Shown here: positions 9,316 to 18,480 of the stretch, piece after piece
Numbering within the stretch: the stretch's first letter is position 1
Layout: each line of letters opens with the position of its first letter
Translations under genes and position numbers: made by a program
NCBI GenBank assembly: GCA_048887225.1
Contig: JBHLJY010000004.1
Location: 160,001-224,000 of the forward strand
From: Candidatus Hodarchaeota archaeon
GTDB taxonomy: Archaea; Asgardarchaeota; Lokiarchaeia; Sigyniarchaeales; SOKP01
Direction: 5' to 3'
Length of the DNA stretch: 64,000 nucleotides
The notes under the pieces: model-generated
What the model was told of the DNA's origin: nothing
What the model saw: the letters and a program-made list of their open reading frames with translations, nothing else
Databases searched by the model: none

Positions 9316-10761
9316 ATGGCTAGGCCCAGTCCACTAGACATATATGCCTTACTCGATAAGAGTAATTGCAAAGATTGCGGTTATGATACTTGTATGGCCT
9401 TTGCGACCGATTTATTAGAAAGAAAAATCACTTTAGACGATTGTAGTCATCTCAAAAAAGATCCTAAGCAAGCAAAAAAGCTCGAAAAATTAAGGGAAAT
9501 AACAACTCCTCCACAAAAGTCTGTTATAATTGGAGTTGGTGAGCGTGCTACTATTGTAGGTGGAGAAGAAGTATTAATGCGTCATCAGCTTACATACTAT
9601 AACGAAACTGCACTTTTTATTGAAATTGCTGACGACGATCCCGACTTAGAAGAAATTGCTAAATATTTAACTGATTTAAAAATTGAAAGAATTGGCGATG
9701 TTCTTAGAATTAATGGTATCGCTCTAAGATGTGTATCAGGGGATATTGATCAATTTAAATTAGCCACGAAAAAAATTGCAGAGGTTTCGGATCTTCCCCT
9801 TATGTTATGCTGCTTTAATCCAGAAATATTATTAGCAGCCGCCACAGAAATAAAAAATAAAAGGCCTTTATTATACGCGGCAACTAAAGATTCTTGGGAA
9901 CAAGTTGGAACTTTTGCCATACAAAACAATTTACCTATTGCCGCGGTATCGAGTGATTTAAATGAATTAGTTTCTTTAAGTGCCACCTTAAAAAAATTAG
10001 GCGCAAAGGAGATCATATTAGATCCGGGAACTTTCTTTGGGCCCGGAAAGTTAACATTTACATACGATAATATAATGCAATTAAGAAATGCTGCCATTGA
10101 TAAAGAGGATCCTAACGCTGGTTGGCCAATAATGGGTGTTCCAGCTGCCTATTGGGCTCAAATAGATACCAGTCAAGGGGATTTATGGACTCATCAATAC
10201 CAAGAAGTAATTATGGGAGCTATCTTAGAGTCAATTGATATTTCTTTGATAGTACTGCACACTGGTCAAAAGAAAGACGAGATCTGGGCATTATTGGCCT
10301 TAATGACCCTACGGCAAAGTGTGTTTTCTGATCCAAGAATCTACCCAGCAGTTGACCCTGGACTGTATCAAATTGGAGAGCCTGGGGATATGGCACCAAT
10401 ATTTGTAACCTCAAATTATAGATTAACAAAGATTCCAGTAGAAATAGACATTAAAGGTGCTAACCTTGATTGTTGGCTCCTAGTTGTAGATAGTGAAGGA
10501 ATTGGAATTGAATCTGCCGTAGCTGGAGGACAGTTTAATGCAACTGCCATTGCTGAAGCTGTAAAAGAATATAATGCATTTGACAAAGTAAAACACAGAA
10601 TTTTAATAATTCCTGGTATGGCAGCCAGATTAAGCGGAGCATTAGAAGATGAAGCTGATGCTTTTGTCGTAGTTGGTCCGCGAGACAGCTCTGGCATCAA
10701 AAAATTCTACGATACTCAATGGGATCCAGAAGGGTTCATGAAGGAATACGCAGAACGCTGA
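9316..10761 (+). CDS. cdhE: Acetyl-CoA decarbonylase/synthase gamma subunit (corrinoid Fe-S protein large subunit, AcsC)
   Basis: NCKDCGYDTCMAFA Fe-S motif, GGEEVLMRH, FSDPR, PIFVTSNY and ILIIPGMAARLSG...VGPRDS. Confidence 0.92.
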   Translation: MARPSPLDIYALLDKSNCKDCGYDTCMAFATDLLERKITLDDCSHLKKDPKQAKKLEKLREITTPPQKSVIIGVGERATIVGGEEVLMRHQLTYYNETALFIEIADDDPDLEEIAKYLTDLKIERIGDVLRINGIALRCVSGDIDQFKLATKKIAEVSDLPLMLCCFNPEILLAAATEIKNKRPLLYAATKDSWEQVGTFAIQNNLPIAAVSSDLNELVSLSATLKKLGAKEIILDPGTFFGPGKLTFTYDNIMQLRNAAIDKEDPNAGWPIMGVPAAYWAQIDTSQGDLWTHQYQEVIMGAILESIDISLIVLHTGQKKDEIWALLALMTLRQSVFSDPRIYPAVDPGLYQIGEPGDMAPIFVTSNYRLTKIPVEIDIKGANLDCWLLVVDSEGIGIESAVAGGQFNATAIAEAVKEYNAFDKVKHRILIIPGMAARLSGALEDEADAFVVVGPRDSSGIKKFYDTQWDPEGFMKEYAER

Positions 10762-10797
10762 GTTTAAACATATTTATTACTTTTTTTATATTTTCAT

Positions 10798-11454
10798 TTA
10801 AAATAAGGAATATATTTTTTCTGTTGTTATTTCTTTAATACTCTTCAAAATTATAGTTTTAGAAGTCCCTGAATGTTTTAATTGTTCGGCTGTATGATTT
10901 CCAGATAATAAACCTATAAAAGGACAACCTAACATTTCAGCAAACTCTTTGTCGTTAGGGTGATCTCCAATAACAACAAATTTATAATCTGGATATTTAT
11001 TAAAAAGAATTTCCTTCAATCTATAATCAATTTTACTCTTTCGTTCGTTAGTTTCTCCTAAAATAAAATCGAAGTATTTATCAATTTCCAGATATCTTAA
11101 CAATTTCAATGCCATTTCTTGTTTTTTTGATGTAACCACCCCTAAAATAAATCCTCGTGTTTTAAATTCCTCCAATTTTTTTATTACATCAGGGAATAGA
11201 TTCACTTGATAAATTCCCTTAGAACCATAATAATCCCTAAACATAGATGTAAGTAATGACGTCTCGAAATCTGTAACTCTAGCAAACATAATATCCAACG
11301 GAATTCCAATCAGTTCTTCTATTTTGAGATTATTTAAAGGTGGGATATTATATCTTTCTAGAGCATAGTTAAATGAGTTTACAATGCCTTTCTTATTATC
11401 AATAAGAGTAAAATCTAAATCGAAACTTAGAATAATTTTATTTTTAGGTTTCAT
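10798..11454 (-). CDS. HAD-superfamily hydrolase, phosphoglycolate phosphatase-like
   Basis: FDLDFTLID, VVTSK and VIGDHPND motifs. Confidence 0.85.
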   Translation of the reverse strand: MKPKNKIILSFDLDFTLIDNKKGIVNSFNYALERYNIPPLNNLKIEELIGIPLDIMFARVTDFETSLLTSMFRDYYGSKGIYQVNLFPDVIKKLEEFKTRGFILGVVTSKKQEMALKLLRYLEIDKYFDFILGETNERKSKIDYRLKEILFNKYPDYKFVVIGDHPNDKEFAEMLGCPFIGLLSGNHTAEQLKHSGTSKTIILKSIKEITTEKIYSLF

Positions 11455-11536
11455 CAGTTAAATTAATTGAAGGTATTTTTTACAATAAAAATAATCGCTT
11501 TAAATTTAAAAATAAATAGAAAAAGAATTTTAAGAT

Positions 11537-12925
11537 TTATTTACTTTTTGTAATAAACGCTTTTCTCTTAATTATTAGAATCAATGAAATTAGGGGAATG
11601 ATTATAAATATTACATAGTAATTTCCAAATGATATTACTGCTCTCTCATCGTCATCATCGTCATCATCATCACCAGTAGGGATACCTCCAGGTGGACTTG
11701 TTACCGTTAATAGGGGATCTCCAAGTATAGTCATTCCGTGCCAAATTCTTTGAGTTAATTTAGTGGGTGTCCATACATCATTATTATTAAACCAACTAAC
11801 GAATGAATCGCCAATTGATTTACCATTTTTTAAAGGATCATAAAAATATTTATATAAATCCATTCCTCCTGATTTTGAACTACATAATACAGTCAAAGTG
11901 TTATTGGAAAAAAGGTATTGTGTACCCAAGCTATCTTTATGTGTATAATTACCATTGTAACATGCATAGAGATTATAGAATAGAGGTTGGGTATTTAGAG
12001 CATTTAATGTTACGGTATCAAACGTGCCTTCAACAGGATTTGGTTGTACTCCAGTTATCATACCAAATAGATGATCAGATTCATTAGAATGACATAAGAG
12101 ATGAACCCATTCATAGTCTAAGGTCAAATTATTCTTATAATTTGTTGGGTTTGTAGTTGCATTGGTACTATGAACAATTCGCTCAGCTCCAGTATAAGTA
12201 CTGAAGCTACTTGTCCATCCTGGAATCCAACTTGGTCTCGCCCATTCATCATCTATATATAGCATACCTTTATGTGGTCTTGAAAGTTTTCCAGTTCTAT
12301 ACTCATGGTTTCGTTTAAAATATTCTCGAAGTGCCTTAGACTGGTTAATACCACTTAAAGGGAGTGGATTAATACGTGCAACCCATATTTCAGGTTGTAC
12401 ATCACTCCCAGGTAGCGCGGGTGGGTTAGTATTATGATCATCATAGATACCATCTGGTATAGTATCACACCAAAAAGCATCTAAATCCATAAGATATAAG
12501 TCACATGGATATATTCCCCACGGATCTGGAAAATTCAAATCATTATACCATACATATGGAAATTCTCCAATAAGTATCGCACCTTTTAGACCTAAAGCAT
12601 ATTCAGCAGTTAGATTAATTTTCAGTAATTGTGCGGTAGGAAACATAGTATTATTGATAATTTTGACGGTATAACTATTATTATTTATTATATCTTGCTT
12701 ATATTGATCTACTTCGTTAGTAATGTTAGCATAGATTGTAGAATTAACATAAATTATAACACGCCCTTTAGCACTCGTTATTGGCACAAAAGCACTATCA
12801 TTGCCATCATCTTCTTTACTAAGCCCTTCAGATTGTAAAACATCAGAAAACCATATATTTGAAACCCCCGCTAAAACTAAGGTAAATGCAATTAATATGA
12901 TTACTGTTATATTCGAGTTTCGCAT
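11537..12925 (-). CDS. Secreted, membrane-anchored peptidase C25 (gingipain)-like protein with Loki-type C-terminal sorting tail
   Basis: N-terminal signal/TM segment; GAILIGEFP, PEIWVARI, LCHSN, YACYNG and TILGDP motifs; poly-Asp linker, ISFGNYY, TM helix and basic tail. Confidence 0.7.
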   Translation of the reverse strand: MRNSNITVIILIAFTLVLAGVSNIWFSDVLQSEGLSKEDDGNDSAFVPITSAKGRVIIYVNSTIYANITNEVDQYKQDIINNNSYTVKIINNTMFPTAQLLKINLTAEYALGLKGAILIGEFPYVWYNDLNFPDPWGIYPCDLYLMDLDAFWCDTIPDGIYDDHNTNPPALPGSDVQPEIWVARINPLPLSGINQSKALREYFKRNHEYRTGKLSRPHKGMLYIDDEWARPSWIPGWTSSFSTYTGAERIVHSTNATTNPTNYKNNLTLDYEWVHLLCHSNESDHLFGMITGVQPNPVEGTFDTVTLNALNTQPLFYNLYACYNGNYTHKDSLGTQYLFSNNTLTVLCSSKSGGMDLYKYFYDPLKNGKSIGDSFVSWFNNNDVWTPTKLTQRIWHGMTILGDPLLTVTSPPGGIPTGDDDDDDDDERAVISFGNYYVIFIIIPLISLILIIKRKAFITKSK

Positions 12926-13053
12926 AATTTAATCATTTTGGTTTTTTTATATTATTGAAAATAGTATTATAGTAAGAATATTAAGGAATAATATGATGTC
13001 TTTAATATTTAAAATTATTTCGCAATTATGGAAATTTTTGTCCAAACTTATAA

Positions 13054-14736
13054 TTAAGAAAGCAAATTAGTGGGCGGTTGAAGACCTTTAAACAAGGAAA
13101 GGGTATACATAATTTCTTCTGAGCCCTCAATTAACCTCCTTAAGTTATAAGGAAAGTTTTGAAACTCAACCTTTCTGCCCTCGTAGACCCAATCTATGAT
13201 CATTTTTATCATTTCTTTATATTTTTTGATCGTATTACCTTCTGAATCTATTTCCGATATGATTTTCCACGCTTTTTTTAATTTCCCATTAAGAATAAGG
13301 GATAAAGAGGCTAATACGTAAGAATGGACTATATGTGAATAGCCGATTTTTTTCAAATTTGCTGCTCGATAATAATATCTATAAACAGACCTTACAGCTT
13401 GCCTTAAAAAATAATCTTGTGCAATATCTAATTGCTCATAAAATTTTATGCTTTCTAGAAGGAGTGTAGCTGCTGTGTAAAATTGCTTATTTTTTATACC
13501 TTCTTTGGCGATTTTCTTTAATCCACTGATAATTTGGTTAAATATTCCATATCGGTTAAATTCTAAGTTTCCTTCAACTGCTATATCATAAGCATTTAAA
13601 TACCATTCGGTAGATTGATAAAAATCCCCAATTTTCCAAAAATTATCTCCTGCTTTGATGCAATGCTTATAAGACATTTCAAAATTGTTTAAATCCTGAA
13701 ATATATCCGCCGCATCAAGAAAATTTATTGCTGCTTGAGAATAATCTTCATCCTTTTCAATATAATTTCCAGCTAAAATAAAGCAAGAAGCAGATTCAAT
13801 TAGGTTATCAGTACTTTCTTTATAACACAAACCAGCAGCACGGTAATATCTAGCTATTTTCTGAAAATTTTCTGCATTTTTTTCTAAACTCTCTGCTAAA
13901 TTAATATATGCCCCTGCCTCCTTTCTTGAATAATTAAGATATTGTTCCTCATCGTCTAAGGTCTTATAGAGATTTTTTAATATTTGACATATTTGAGCTA
14001 ATTCTAAGTTTTCGTTCTTTTCTTCAAATTCATGAAATAAATTTGAGAAAAAATCTATTCCATCTAAAACAATATTTTTAGATGTATTATAATCGTCTAA
14101 TTCTTCGAAGCAAAGAGCAATTTGTTGATAAGAAAACGATAAAATATCATAATACTTATAAATTTTTGCGATCTCGATTACATCCTGGTAAGATTTAGTA
14201 GCTTTTTTAAAATTAGACGCCTTTACGTATAATTCGGCTATATTTTGATAATTTTGAGTTAGTTTTCTCGTTTCAACGTTACTCCCATTGTTAAAGCCCT
14301 TCAAAAGTTTGTTTTCTTGCTCCAAATATTTAATACTTTTTAAAATATTATCTTTTTTTGATTTATCGTCTTGAAATTTTTCACCATAGATCTCAGCGAT
14401 TTTTAAATAAATTTCAGCAATTTCGTGTAATTTAGCTTGAATAGTAAAATTCTCAATTAATTTTTCCCATAACTTTATGTTATGCTTATATAATTCAAGG
14501 GCATATGAAAAATCAAGATCCTCTAAAATTTCAGCTGCAGAATAAATAAATTCTCCTGCTTCCCAAATTTCTCCTGATTCGGCAAGCTCGTTTGAAAACC
14601 TAATTGATATTTTAACAATTAGTTGAATTGAATTTTTCTTTTTATTTTTATCGATGATTTTTTGTACATATCCTACAGAATCTCTTAGTCTCTCTAAAAA
14701 ATCTGTGTAATCACTGTAATCCTCTTCTTCAAGAAT
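13054..14736 (-). CDS. TPR/alpha-SNAP-like helical repeat protein (probable ATT start at 14736; ORF track starts at 14325)
   Basis: Repeated A..Y/F..AA/AG helical motifs. Frame stays open for 137 codons upstream of the TTG, nearly back to a TGA. Confidence 0.6.
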   Translation of the reverse strand: MLEEEDYSDYTDFLERLRDSVGYVQKIIDKNKKKNSIQLIVKISIRFSNELAESGEIWEAGEFIYSAAEILEDLDFSYALELYKHNIKLWEKLIENFTIQAKLHEIAEIYLKIAEIYGEKFQDDKSKKDNILKSIKYLEQENKLLKGFNNGSNVETRKLTQNYQNIAELYVKASNFKKATKSYQDVIEIAKIYKYYDILSFSYQQIALCFEELDDYNTSKNIVLDGIDFFSNLFHEFEEKNENLELAQICQILKNLYKTLDDEEQYLNYSRKEAGAYINLAESLEKNAENFQKIARYYRAAGLCYKESTDNLIESASCFILAGNYIEKDEDYSQAAINFLDAADIFQDLNNFEMSYKHCIKAGDNFWKIGDFYQSTEWYLNAYDIAVEGNLEFNRYGIFNQIISGLKKIAKEGIKNKQFYTAATLLLESIKFYEQLDIAQDYFLRQAVRSVYRYYYRAANLKKIGYSHIVHSYVLASLSLILNGKLKKAWKIISEIDSEGNTIKKYKEMIKMIIDWVYEGRKVEFQNFPYNLRRLIEGSEEIMYTLSLFKGLQPPTNLLS

Positions 14737-15012
14737 CTTACGATCAACTCATTAAAACTAAGTAAAGATCACTTATTGAAATTAATTGAAAAATAAAAAG
14801 AAATGGTTTTTCAGAATCAGCTGTAGACTTTTAAAAACAACAATCCATAATTCTAAGAAAATTAATCGATTTTACAATAAAGTAAATACCTCAAACTTAT
14901 AAATCTAAACAATAACTATAAAATATGAGTAATGTAAATAATTATTTAAATGAAAATTATCTTAATATAATTATAAAATATAAATTAAATTATCAAGGAT
15001 GGTAAAAAAAGA

Positions 15013-15222
15013 ATGAAACAAGTTTCAGAACTGTTAGAAACCGGGATATATGAGACATTTACTCCAGACAGATCGATGACAGTCAGAGATTTGCTCAAAG
15101 AGCTGAATCTCGAAGGAAAATACTTCGGAATCCTTATAAATGGAAAGAAAGCAACCGAAGATATGACTATAAAAGAAACCGACGAAATAGTGATCCTACC
15201 ACACATAGCTGGTGGATTGTAA
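15013..15222 (+). CDS. MoaD/ThiS/SAMP-family ubiquitin-like protein
   Basis: TVRDLLKEL, ILINGK and DEIVILPHIAGG-L. Confidence 0.85.
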   Translation: MKQVSELLETGIYETFTPDRSMTVRDLLKELNLEGKYFGILINGKKATEDMTIKETDEIVILPHIAGGL

Positions 15223-15371
15223 AGAATTAAATAACTTTTTTTTATCTCACTTTTTTTAAAGGATTTAATGCAAAGATAATACAATTAATTTTAAAATTTT
15301 ATACGATTCTTTAAAATTAATAACTTAAATTTTGCTAGAATTTCTAAAAAATTCTTAAGGATTAGCTAATA

Positions 15372-16232
15372 ATGGAAATTTTTAATGAAATGGAAGAGAG
15401 ATATGTAGAAACTAATGGAATAACACTTCACACTGTTATAATTGGTTCTGGAGAACCTTTAATGTTATTGCATGGTTTTCCAGATTTTTGGTATGGATGG
15501 AGAGATATTATTTTAGGTCTAAAGGATACATATCAGTTAATCGTTCCTGATATGCGAGGGTATAACACTTCTGACAAGCCAGAGGGAGTAGAAAATTATA
15601 CGTTAGAGATTTTGGTTGAAGATATCAGAGGATTAAGCGAAAAATTAAATTTGGGTAGATTTTCACTAGCAGGACATGATTGGGGCGGACCTGTAGCGTG
15701 GGGATTTGCGGAGAAATATCCAGAATCATTGAAAAAATTGATACTTTGCAATGGACCTCACCCAATAGTAATGAGAGAATCCCTTGGTAAATCTAAAGCT
15801 CAACAGAAAGCAAGTTCCTACATATTAAAATTTATAAAGCCTAATAGTGCGGGTGAATTAATGGCTAATGATTTTCAATTTTTAAAGCTTGTAGTATTTG
15901 GAATGCCAAAAAAAAAGAATGCTTTAAGTGAGTTTGATAAGGAAAAATATATAGAAGCTTGGTCCCAACCAGGAGCTATAAATGCAGGATTAAATTATTA
16001 TCGTGCGGCAGTTAAATCAATGTTCGGAGGAGGAGATTGGACTGGAATAATAAATGTTCCAACTTTGGTTATTCACGGTATGAAAGATATTGCTTTAACA
16101 CCTAAAATATTAGAAGGTTTATCAGATTACGTAAAAGATTTAAAAATCGTGCGAATTGAGAATGCCTCTCATTGGGTAATGGTAGACGAGCCAGAAGTGG
16201 TTATTTCAAGCATAAAAAAGTTTATAAATTAA
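15372..16232 (+). CDS. Alpha/beta hydrolase, epoxide hydrolase-like
   Basis: LLHGFPD, GHDWGG, NYYRA, HGMKD and ASHWV motifs. Confidence 0.9.
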   Translation: MEIFNEMEERYVETNGITLHTVIIGSGEPLMLLHGFPDFWYGWRDIILGLKDTYQLIVPDMRGYNTSDKPEGVENYTLEILVEDIRGLSEKLNLGRFSLAGHDWGGPVAWGFAEKYPESLKKLILCNGPHPIVMRESLGKSKAQQKASSYILKFIKPNSAGELMANDFQFLKLVVFGMPKKKNALSEFDKEKYIEAWSQPGAINAGLNYYRAAVKSMFGGGDWTGIINVPTLVIHGMKDIALTPKILEGLSDYVKDLKIVRIENASHWVMVDEPEVVISSIKKFIN

Positions 16233-16278
16233 AAGCTTATATTTCAAATTTTTTTTGTATTTCCATTGAAGGCTTCTG

Positions 16279-17259
16279 TTATTTTAGAGTTATTCTTAAC
16301 AAGTCTTTAGCTAAAATAGTGTTTGGAAATATTTTTTTTGCCTCTTCAAGTAATTTTAATGCTTCTTCTTGATATCTCGAAGAAATATGAGTTAGTATCA
16401 ATTGTTTGGCGTTCATATTTTTAGCGTCATTTGCGGCATCCACGGAAGTTGAATGTTTTCTTTCATCTGCTATATCCTTTAATTTAGAGCTAAAGGTTGC
16501 TTCGTGTATTACAATGTCAGAATTTTTTCCTAAATCGATTAATGCTTGGCATGGGCTTGTGTCTGCTGAATATATTATTTTTCGTCCAATTCTTTGAGGT
16601 CCTACGACTCTTTCTTTTACGGGATCAATGATTTTATCATTAAAATTAATAGATTCCCCTTTTTGGAGTTTTTTCCACAATCTACTTTCAGGGATTCCTA
16701 ATTCCCTGGCCCTATCAGGATTAAACTTTCCATAGCGCGGCTTTTCATTAAAAGAATAAGCGAATGTTATTACAGAATGATCAACGAGCGCATATTTTAT
16801 AAGGTATCTATTAGTTTCGTAAACAACATCTTTAATTATTTGGGTAGAATTAGTAGAATTTTCAGTATCTAATCCATTAAACTCAATTAAAGCATTATTC
16901 ACGTGATCAATTTCGATAATTTTTATAGAGTAATTTGCTTTAAGTCCGAGAATTTTTCTATGAAGAAATAAGTAAAGAAAAAGATTTTTTGGTCCAATTA
17001 TCGTGAGTGGAGCAGTTCTATCGATTAAACCAAATCTAAACAATAAACCAGGAAGTCCGATTATGTGATCTCCATGAAAATGGGATATTAAAATAATCAA
17101 TGGTTTATTGAATTTTAATCCAGCACCGTTAAAATTGCGTTGAATGTCTTCTCCACAATCGAATAAAATAATGTGGTTTCGAAATTTTAAAGCGGTTGCT
17201 GGTAAATTTCGATTCTTAACAGGAATAGCGGCAGATGAGCCAAGGATAATAAGTTCCAT
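16279..17259 (-). CDS. rnz: Ribonuclease Z
   Basis: FDCGE, SHFHGDHIIG, flexible arm, SADT, HEATF and LTHISSRY motifs. Confidence 0.95.
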   Translation of the reverse strand: MELIILGSSAAIPVKNRNLPATALKFRNHIILFDCGEDIQRNFNGAGLKFNKPLIILISHFHGDHIIGLPGLLFRFGLIDRTAPLTIIGPKNLFLYLFLHRKILGLKANYSIKIIEIDHVNNALIEFNGLDTENSTNSTQIIKDVVYETNRYLIKYALVDHSVITFAYSFNEKPRYGKFNPDRARELGIPESRLWKKLQKGESINFNDKIIDPVKERVVGPQRIGRKIIYSADTSPCQALIDLGKNSDIVIHEATFSSKLKDIADERKHSTSVDAANDAKNMNAKQLILTHISSRYQEEALKLLEEAKKIFPNTILAKDLLRITLK

Positions 17260-17268
17260 TGATTTTCA

Positions 17269-18354
17269 TTAAGCTATTTTTTTTCTTAACTGAGAGATCT
17301 CTAATCTCTGTTGTTCGTTTTGTTTTTCTAAATCTTCTACTAAATTTTTAAGTTCTCTCACTCTCAAAGCTAAGTTAATGTCATCTTCGGCAACTATTTG
17401 AACTTGACTGATACCACTCTCTATTTCTCCTTTCACTTGTGCCTTCTCGGTGTTATATTCTTTAAGCTGTTCTTGAAGATTTTGAATTTGTTTTTTTGCA
17501 GTGTTCAATTTACGCTGTAATTCCTCTGATAATGCCTTAAAAGTATCTTCAGAAGATTTAATCTCTTCTCTTGGGGGTATTCTTTCTTTAGTAGCTTCTA
17601 AAATAGAAGTAGATTTTTTTAAATCTTGAATTTCGAGATTCTTATTGTTTAATTCTACTCTCAAATCGTCAATCTTTTTCTGTAAGTGGGCGGTCGAACG
17701 TTCACCTTTTTTCTTACCTTCCTTGGTTTGGTACTTATCACCTATACTTTTTAACTTTTTTACTTTCTTCTCACTCGTGGAGCTTTTTAATTTTTTTTGA
17801 AGTCTTTTTATCTCTTTTGACAAATCTTCGTTTTTAATTCTTGCATTTGACTTAGTATGTTCTAATTCTTTTCTTAAATCAGCGATTTTTGAATTTAACT
17901 CATTAATTTCTTCCTTTTTGCTTTCTTCTTTTAGCTTATCTATTAAATTTTGTTGTTTGTTAATTTTTAACGTTAATTCCTTTACTAAAGCCTCTAGTGG
18001 TTCTTTTTTCTCCTCAATTCTTATTACTGTACTTTCATTATTTTTTTTCGTATGTTTTTCAAGTTCTTGTTGAAATTGTATCTTTTCTTTTCTTAAAAAA
18101 CCCATTTTATCCTTTAAATCTCTAATCTGTTTTTCTTTTTCTTCGAGTTCAATAGCTAATTTAGAATCCCCTTTTACTTTTTTCCCTTTCTTTTTTGAGT
18201 CTTTTATACCACTATCTGGTATTAAGGCCTCCAATTTCATAATAGTATCTTCTAATTGCTCGATTTTTTGGAGATATCCTATAATTTCTCTGTCTTTGGA
18301 TTCCAATTGATGTTCTAATTCGCTTAATTTATCTATTAAAGCATCTTCAGTCAT
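17269..18354 (-). CDS. Long coiled-coil protein
   Basis: Heptad-rich K/E/L/Q composition throughout. Confidence 0.7.
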   Translation of the reverse strand: MTEDALIDKLSELEHQLESKDREIIGYLQKIEQLEDTIMKLEALIPDSGIKDSKKKGKKVKGDSKLAIELEEKEKQIRDLKDKMGFLRKEKIQFQQELEKHTKKNNESTVIRIEEKKEPLEALVKELTLKINKQQNLIDKLKEESKKEEINELNSKIADLRKELEHTKSNARIKNEDLSKEIKRLQKKLKSSTSEKKVKKLKSIGDKYQTKEGKKKGERSTAHLQKKIDDLRVELNNKNLEIQDLKKSTSILEATKERIPPREEIKSSEDTFKALSEELQRKLNTAKKQIQNLQEQLKEYNTEKAQVKGEIESGISQVQIVAEDDINLALRVRELKNLVEDLEKQNEQQRLEISQLRKKIA

Positions 18355-18480
18355 CTTTGAATCTCATTTTTTAATTGAATTTTTTTTTTATATTTTGCAT
18401 TTAAAACATTTTCATAATTAAATATTAAGTCTTTAATTATAAATTATCAGATCCTCCTTCTTAGTAATAGTTTTATTCTA

